Of a DNA stretch of 64,000 bases, positions 58,473 through 64,000 are shown piece after piece. Under the pieces are notes generated by a model that ran no database searches, was not told the DNA's origin, and was given only the letters and a program-made list of their open reading frames with translations. This DNA is from Candidatus Woesearchaeota archaeon (GTDB lineage Archaea > Nanobdellota > Nanobdellia > SCGC-AAA011-G17 > JAFCDX01), in assembly GCA_017609465.1 (NCBI GenBank), contig JAFCDX010000003.1, positions 46,712-110,711 on the forward strand, given 5' to 3'. The translations under genes were made by a program, and so were the position numbers. Within the stretch, counting starts at the first letter, position 1. Each line of letters starts with the position of its first letter.

Positions 58473-58658
58473 TTATCTTCTTTTTCTTTTCTTTTTAATT
58501 GATTTCTTTTTTGTTTTCTTCTTAGTCTTTTTTCTTGTAGACTTCTTTTTTGTTTTCTTCTTAGTTGCTTTCTTTCTTGTAGACTTCTTTTTTGTTTTCT
58601 TCTTAGTTGCTTTCTTTCTTGTTGATTTTCTTTTTCTTGCAACCATTTTATTTATCAC
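58473..58658 (-). CDS. small lysine-rich tandem-repeat protein (histone-H1-tail-like)
   Basis: (KKATKKKTKKKSTR)x3-like repeats. Composition nearly identical to the TFE N-terminal tail. Confidence 0.4.
   Translation of the reverse strand: MINKMVARKRKSTRKKATKKKTKKKSTRKKATKKKTKKKSTRKKTKKKTKKKSIKKKRKRR
58505..58635 (-). repeat. three tandem ~42-nt repeats encoding the KKK repeats
   Basis: 'ttttgttttcttcttagt(tgc)tttctttcttgtagacttc' units. Confidence 0.55.
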
Positions 58659-58730
58659 CTCTTTTTCCCTTTTTTTAATTATAATTTTATTTAGTTATAT
58701 AAACTAAAAATCATTTAAATAGTTTTCTAT

Positions 58731-59930
58731 TTAAACTAAAAAAAGTAAAATTGGTTGAATTAAAAAATTAATTAAGTCAATTATATAAGGAAGTAAATTT
58801 ATAAAAATCAATAACAAAACTATAAAGCTTGTGAGAGTAAAAATTTTCTTTGTTATTTTCTCATCTTTAATAAATTTATTTAAACCTACCAAGAACATCC
58901 TACCACCGTCGACAGGACCCAAAGGTAGTAAGTTAAATAAACCAACACCTATACTTATTGCATATAACCAAAATAATAATCTTGTAAACCATAGGAAAAA
59001 ATTAGGAAAGAAATTTCCATATCTTTCCTTTACATCTTCTCTTATCTCTATATTTTTTGCTGTTACTATAATTCCAAGGTATCCTTCATTCTCATCATTG
59101 GGATGAACAGATGTTACAAGTGTATAATTTGAATTGTTTGTTTGTATATTTATTTTTTCCCCTGGAAGTATGTTGTTAAGTTGTTCTGTAAAATTATTTA
59201 TATTATTCACAACTACATTATTTATTGAAATTATCTCTTCCCCAATATTTATTCCTGCATTATCCGCGGGAAAACCCTCTTGTAAATCTATAATTTCAAT
59301 ACCTTCTCTATCAATCAATGTATTTGCAAAAGGATTCACTATTAACAAAGAGATTAAAAAAATTAAAATACCAGAAACTATATTTATGAAAGGGCCCGCG
59401 GACAAAACAGATAATTGTTGTGCCGCAGATTTTTTTGATAATTGTTTTTCATCTGGTTCAACGAACGCAGCAAGAATAGGGCCCAAGAAAGCAAAACCTG
59501 AAGACTTTATTTTTATTCCTGCAAGCCTAGCATAAACACCGTGCCAAAACTCATGTATGGTAGCTATAAATAATATCGCAATTATCCAATGCCAAAAAGA
59601 AAGCACAGGTAACCCTTTTATTTTTACTCCGGGCAATACAGGTGCAACAGAAGGCCTTGCACCTTCAACAAACAACAACTGATAAGTTCCCTGAATTAAA
59701 AAATAAAATATGAAGACCATACCAATATAACCAAAAAATATCCCAACATAACCAAAATACTTTAAAAATTTAGGATGTCTTTTAGCAATATCATCCATAA
59801 ACTTTAATCCCAGCTTTGTTTTATATAATGCAAAAACCTTATTTTGAATTTCAAATTTATCTCTATTTTTCAGAAAATAAATTAATAGAATACCATAAAA
59901 TACAAATATTAATATTAAATCTAAATTCAT
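58731..59930 (-). CDS. site-2 protease (M50, RseP-like) with PDZ domain
   Basis: HEFWHG (HExxH) in a TM helix, a PDZ-like middle region, LPLGPVDGG (LDG). Confidence 0.7.
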   Translation of the reverse strand: MNLDLILIFVFYGILLIYFLKNRDKFEIQNKVFALYKTKLGLKFMDDIAKRHPKFLKYFGYVGIFFGYIGMVFIFYFLIQGTYQLLFVEGARPSVAPVLPGVKIKGLPVLSFWHWIIAILFIATIHEFWHGVYARLAGIKIKSSGFAFLGPILAAFVEPDEKQLSKKSAAQQLSVLSAGPFINIVSGILIFLISLLIVNPFANTLIDREGIEIIDLQEGFPADNAGINIGEEIISINNVVVNNINNFTEQLNNILPGEKINIQTNNSNYTLVTSVHPNDENEGYLGIIVTAKNIEIREDVKERYGNFFPNFFLWFTRLLFWLYAISIGVGLFNLLPLGPVDGGRMFLVGLNKFIKDEKITKKIFTLTSFIVLLLIFINLLPYIIDLINFLIQPILLFLV

Positions 59931-59949
59931 TCTACCTCTTTTTTAAAAT

Positions 59950-60112
59950 TTTATTTCTTTCTTCTAGTTCTTAATGCCTTGCTTCCACATCTTCTACACT
60001 TTACTTTTCCAAGCAAAACTTTTTGTGGAGATGCCTTTATTTTTGTTTTGCATTTTCTGCAAATATAAACTCTCTTGAATAACCTGTCCATAGCTTCTTT
60101 AAATTTTGCCAT
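59950..60112 (-). pseudogene. rpl40e: 50S ribosomal protein L40e with apparent +1 frameshift
   Basis: N-terminal MAKFKEAMDRLFKRVYI from the ATG at 60110-60112. C-terminal CRKCKTKIKASPQKVLLGKVKCRRCGSKALRTRRKK* sits in the +1 frame. An A4/T4 run at ~60060-60063 separates them, and start-to-stop length is 163 nt. Confidence 0.55.
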
Positions 60113-60113
60113 T

Positions 60114-60506
60114 TTATTTTACTTCCTTCATAACCTTGTCTTTCATTATTATCCAATAAACTATCTGAACCCCTTCTTTTACTTTTCCTTTTAATTCCTC
60201 TGGTATTTCAAGATCAAATGTTTCATAAGTTTCCATATCCATTACATTTACCTTGTCTCCTGTGATGGATAATACTTGCGCTGCTTTTTTCTCTATTATT
60301 GGAACCTCTATTTTATCGTGTGAGGGTCTTACAATCATTCTTTTGTTTCCATCAATTATCCCTACAGCCTCTATTTTATATTTAGCATGCCCGTGTTTTC
60401 CAGGTGAAGAAACATCAATTTTTTTTATCACACATGCAACATTATCAATAATAATATAATTTCCTACTTTTAAAGAACCAACACTTACTAATTTGATATC
60501 GCTCAT
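60114..60506 (-). CDS. translation initiation factor aIF-5A
   Basis: Hypusination loop SSPGKHGHAK. Confidence 0.85.
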   Translation of the reverse strand: MSDIKLVSVGSLKVGNYIIIDNVACVIKKIDVSSPGKHGHAKYKIEAVGIIDGNKRMIVRPSHDKIEVPIIEKKAAQVLSITGDKVNVMDMETYETFDLEIPEELKGKVKEGVQIVYWIIMKDKVMKEVK

Positions 60507-60545
60507 AAGAACTTAAAAAAATAAAAACCTTATAAATGTTTTGTT

Positions 60546-60863
60546 TTATCTTTTCTTTTTTATTTTTTTAGAAGATTTTTTCTTGATGGTTTGTTTTGGT
60601 GTTGATTTCTTTAAAGATGACTGGTTTAATTTTCCTAAAGTATCTTTCAATGCCCTTTCTAAAACATTCATCCTAAGATTCATTTCAAATATCTGCCTTG
60701 ATAAGTTGGCTATCGATATCCATAATTGAGCATTAGAAGGATTTTTTGAACTTTCATATGCATTTTTTTGTTTATATGTTTCTCTTATTTGTAATTCTAA
60801 ATGCTTTCTTAAAGAATCCTCTAATTTCATTCTCCATTTGTTAGATTTCATAATATATTTCAA
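60546..60863 (-). CDS. hypothetical basic protein
   Basis: ORF only. Confidence 0.3.
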   Translation of the reverse strand: MKYIMKSNKWRMKLEDSLRKHLELQIRETYKQKNAYESSKNPSNAQLWISIANLSRQIFEMNLRMNVLERALKDTLGKLNQSSLKKSTPKQTIKKKSSKKIKKKR

Positions 60864-60955
60864 ATATATAATCTATTTAAGTTTTTCTATTATAAAGTAG
60901 TTAAAGTTAAGTGGAAATAACAACTTTTATAAACAATATATAAAATAAAAAGAAA

Positions 60956-61621
60956 ATGGAAAAAATAAAGAAAGAAGATTTCATAGAAGTGGATTATGTT
61001 GGAAGAGTAAAAGATAATAATTCTATATTTGATATTACTAATGAAGAAAAAGCAAAAAAAGAAGGGATTTACAATGAAAATATGGAATATGGCCCTGTGG
61101 TTGTTTGTGTTGGTCAAAAAAATACAATAAAAGGACTTGATGAAAGTTTTGAGGGAAGAAATATAGGTGAGAAATATAATTTAGATATAAAACCAGAAGA
61201 TGGATTTGGTAAAAAAGATTCTAAATTAATAAAATTAGTTAATGCAAACATTTTCAAGGACAATGATATAAGGCCTGTTCCTGGATTAAGAGTTAATATC
61301 GATGGCACAATAGGGACAATAAGAACAGTATCTGGGGGGAGGATAAGTATAGATTTCAACCACCCTCTTGCCGGAAAAGAGCTTTTGTATGAAGTAACAA
61401 TAGTCAAGAAAGTCAATGATTCAAAAGAAAAAGTAAAAGCGTGTATGAAATTTGTTGGTTTGAAAGAAGATATGTTTGAAATAAAGAAAAGAGAGGGGGA
61501 TAAATTTGAAATAGATATAAAACAAAGTTTTCCAGACCAGTTAAAAAAGGCATTTGAATCAAAAATAAAAGAGCTTGTCCCTGAAATAAAGAGTATAGAA
61601 ATTAAAACCACTCAAGAATAA
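60956..61621 (+). CDS. FKBP-type peptidyl-prolyl isomerase (archaeal long form with IF insertion)
   Basis: DFIEVDYVGRVKDNNSIFD...VVVCVGQKNTIKGLDESFEG. Confidence 0.7.
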   Translation: MEKIKKEDFIEVDYVGRVKDNNSIFDITNEEKAKKEGIYNENMEYGPVVVCVGQKNTIKGLDESFEGRNIGEKYNLDIKPEDGFGKKDSKLIKLVNANIFKDNDIRPVPGLRVNIDGTIGTIRTVSGGRISIDFNHPLAGKELLYEVTIVKKVNDSKEKVKACMKFVGLKEDMFEIKKREGDKFEIDIKQSFPDQLKKAFESKIKELVPEIKSIEIKTTQE

Positions 61622-61685
61622 GTAAAATTTAATGTATAGTTTAAATCAAAGATAAATTTATATATATTCATAGATTACAAAAAAC

Positions 61686-62780
61686 ATGAATCCTGAATTT
61701 GACATGCAAGAGAGTAATTCTATCTCACCATCACATAGTATGGATGAAGAATTAGAAAAATTAATACATAATCAAAAAGCCAAGATAAAAGTAATTGGTT
61801 GTGGTGGCGGTGGTGGAAATACATTAAGCAGAATTTCTGAAGTTGGTATTACTGGAGCAGAAACAATCGCTCTTAATACAGATGCTCAAGATTTATTATA
61901 TGCTAATGCAAATACTAAAGTATTGATTGGTAAAGAGCTAACTGGAGGTTTAGGTGCAGGAAGTATACCTCAAGTAGGTGAAGAAGCTGCGCATGAGAGT
62001 GAGCATGATATTAAAGAAAAACTCCAAGGTGCAGATATGGTATTTATAACATGTGGTCTTGGAGGGGGGACAGGGACAGGTTCAGCGCCTGTTGTAGCCG
62101 AGATAGCTAAAAAATTAGGAATTCTTACTGTGGGTATTGTCACAATTCCTTTTGCAATGGAAGGACAAAGAAGATATGAAAATGCAATTATTGGATTGGA
62201 AAAATTAGAAAATATTGTTGATACATTAATAGTTATACCAAACGACAAATTATTAGATTTGGCCCCAGATCTACCTTTAAACACAGCATTCAAGGTTGCT
62301 GATGAAATTCTTACAAACGCAGTTAAAGGTGTTGCTGAATTAATAACAAAAACAGGTTTGGTTAATCTTGATTTTGCTGATGTTAAGACAGTTATGGGAA
62401 ATGGAGGTGTTGCAGTAATTGGAGTAGGTGAATCTGATACTGACAATAGAGCTGTAGAAGCAGTTGATAAAGCTGTTCAAAACCCCTTGTTGGATGTTGA
62501 TATTGCAGGAGCAGAAGGAGCATTGATAAATGTAACTGGTGGTAATGATATGACTCTTGAAGAAGCACGTAAGGTTGTTGAAAGTGTCTCTGAAAAACTT
62601 GATGAAGATGCTAGAATAATATGGGGGGCCCAATTATCAGAAGATCTTGACAAAACAATAAGAGTATTATTGATAGTAACTGGAGTAAGCAGTCCTCAAA
62701 TATTTGGTCCAAGAAAAACAACTCTTGCCAAGAAGAAAAAAGACATGGGTAATGAACTTGGAATAGAATTCATAGATTAA
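61686..62780 (+). CDS. ftsZ: cell division GTPase FtsZ
   Basis: IKVIGCGGGGGNTL and tubulin signature GGGTGTGSAP. Confidence 0.9.
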   Translation: MNPEFDMQESNSISPSHSMDEELEKLIHNQKAKIKVIGCGGGGGNTLSRISEVGITGAETIALNTDAQDLLYANANTKVLIGKELTGGLGAGSIPQVGEEAAHESEHDIKEKLQGADMVFITCGLGGGTGTGSAPVVAEIAKKLGILTVGIVTIPFAMEGQRRYENAIIGLEKLENIVDTLIVIPNDKLLDLAPDLPLNTAFKVADEILTNAVKGVAELITKTGLVNLDFADVKTVMGNGGVAVIGVGESDTDNRAVEAVDKAVQNPLLDVDIAGAEGALINVTGGNDMTLEEARKVVESVSEKLDEDARIIWGAQLSEDLDKTIRVLLIVTGVSSPQIFGPRKTTLAKKKKDMGNELGIEFID

Positions 62781-62819
62781 AATAATAAACTTTTTAAATG
62801 GCTGTATTTCTTCTAAAAT

Positions 62820-63005
62820 ATGAAAATCAAAGGATATTTGGTTAAATTAAAATCATTTATACTAGAAAGCAAGAGAGTATGGAAAGTAACCAAAAAACCA
62901 ACAAAACCTGAATTTATAAGTATAATAAAAATTACAGGAATGGGTATATTAGCTATTGGAGCAATAGGATTTTTAATACATATGATTTGGCAAATAATAA
63001 AATGA
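62820..63005 (+). CDS. secE: protein translocase subunit SecE/Sec61-gamma
   Basis: 61 aa with a C-terminal TM helix. In the conserved ftsZ-secE-spt5-L11 order. Confidence 0.7.
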   Translation: MKIKGYLVKLKSFILESKRVWKVTKKPTKPEFISIIKITGMGILAIGAIGFLIHMIWQIIK

Positions 63006-63457
63006 TATATATATTAAGAACAACTGCAAATAGGGAAGATCAAGTTATGGACTTTGTAGTCAGTAATGTAGAAAAGAAAAATCTTGAAGTTTATTCCATA
63101 ATAAAACCTCATGGTTTAAGAGGATATATCATAGTTGAAGCTAAATCAAAACAAGATGCTGAACAAGCATACAAAGGAGTTCCTTATGCAAAAGGGATAT
63201 TGCCAAAACCTCTGGATTATAGCGAAATCGAGCATATGCTTGAACAGGCAAAAGCAGAATTCAACATACAAAAGAATGATATTGTTGAAATAATTTCAGG
63301 TCCTTTCAAAAGAGAGAAAGCAAAGGTAAAAAATATTGACAAATCAAAAGAAGAAGTCATAGTTGAATTGCTTGAAGCAACAGTTCCAATTCCGATAACA
63401 GTAAAACTTGACTCTGTTAAAGTAATAAGGAGAGAAGGCGAAGAAGAAAATGAGTGA
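62987..63457 (+). CDS. spt5: transcription elongation factor Spt5 (NusG)
   Basis: NGN domain plus KOW (IVEIISGPFKREKAKVKNID...). Confidence 0.8.
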   Translation: MANNKMIYILRTTANREDQVMDFVVSNVEKKNLEVYSIIKPHGLRGYIIVEAKSKQDAEQAYKGVPYAKGILPKPLDYSEIEHMLEQAKAEFNIQKNDIVEIISGPFKREKAKVKNIDKSKEEVIVELLEATVPIPITVKLDSVKVIRREGEEENE

Positions 63458-64000
63458 GAAAATAAAAGTTATGGTTGAAGGAGGAAAAGCAGGAGTTAAT
63501 CCAAAGATGGCCCAGGCTTTAGGACCTATGGGAATTAATATAGGGGAAGTTGCAAATAAAATAGGAGAAAAAACTTCTGAATTCAAAGGTATAGAAGTTC
63601 CGGTTACTGTAGAAATTCATAAAGACAAATCTTATGACATAATAGTTGGAACCCCCCCTGCATCACAATTAATAAAAGTAGAATTAAACATAAAAAAGGG
63701 TTCTGGAATCCCAAACAAGGATTTTGTTGGAAATCTTGCTATTGAAGATATAATAAAAATAGCAAAGATGAAAGAATCTTCTCTTTATGTTAATAATTTA
63801 AAAGCTGCAATTAATACAATATTGGGGACCTGCGATCAAATGGGGGTTTTGGTTGAAAGCAAAGATCCAAAAGAAATTATAAATGATGTTAAAAAGGGAA
63901 TTTATGATTCTGTAATTAATTCTGGAAACACTGAAGTAAATAATGAAAAAAGAGATCAATTAAAAGAAGATTTAGAAAATCAAAAAGCAAAATTTAAAGC
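63450..64000 (+). CDS. rpl11: 50S ribosomal protein L11 (3' end runs off the window)
   Basis: MSEKIKVMVEGGKAGVNPKMAQALGPMGINIGEV... Start overlaps the spt5 stop. No stop before the window end. Confidence 0.75.
   Translation, partial: MSEKIKVMVEGGKAGVNPKMAQALGPMGINIGEVANKIGEKTSEFKGIEVPVTVEIHKDKSYDIIVGTPPASQLIKVELNIKKGSGIPNKDFVGNLAIEDIIKIAKMKESSLYVNNLKAAINTILGTCDQMGVLVESKDPKEIINDVKKGIYDSVINSGNTEVNNEKRDQLKEDLENQKAKFK

Noticed and set aside
58505-58635. CRISPR-like array
   Set aside because: The ~42-nt repeats are direct and contiguous with no spacers. They lie inside a coding frame and encode lysine repeats.
58448-58642. Alternative frame of the lysine-repeat region (MQEKENQQERKQLRRKQKR...)
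   Set aside because: The same-strand K/T/S-rich frame was preferred because its composition matches the TFE tail. This remains unresolved without expression data.
61114-62633. Minus-strand ORFs inside the FKBP and ftsZ genes (61114..61611, 61970..62446, 62340..62633)
   Set aside because: They are antisense to strongly conserved genes and therefore spurious.

Overview
The window is an AT-rich (~30% GC) archaeal chromosomal segment. Gene content and synteny suggest a small-genome DPANN-type archaeon, but that placement is an inference. Most of it is core machinery. Recognisable genes include radA, aEF-1beta, the aIF-2alpha/Nop10/S27e/L44e cluster, a L1/P0/P1 stalk operon, a ftsZ-secE-spt5-L11 block, L15e, L40e, aIF-5A, TFE, a histone, and Orc1/Cdc6. 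There are also ProRS, LeuRS, a compact bacterial-type AlaRS, and a fermentative porGDAB 2-oxoacid:ferredoxin oxidoreductase operon with ADP-forming acetyl-CoA synthetase split into alpha and beta genes. Four tRNAs are present: Arg-GCG, Arg-TCG, Arg-TCT and Cys-GCA. Accessory content is mostly secreted, cysteine-rich and membrane proteins. Two decaying copies of a ~1.5 kb IS-like element sit ~54 kb apart; each carries a small RHH-like gene and a zinc-finger plus DDE transposase. A PC4-like ssDNA-binding gene is coupled to radA. A four-gene operon of uncharacterised surface proteins lies near a FlaK/PibD-type prepilin peptidase. There is an SLT-domain lytic transglycosylase, which is unexpected for an archaeon. 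An archaeosortase-like gene sits beside a PKD surface protein. Lys-rich histone-tail-like repeats appear in a stand-alone gene and on TFE. Two genes look interrupted: L40e by a +1 frameshift, and a LamG/beta-propeller surface protein by an in-frame TAA.
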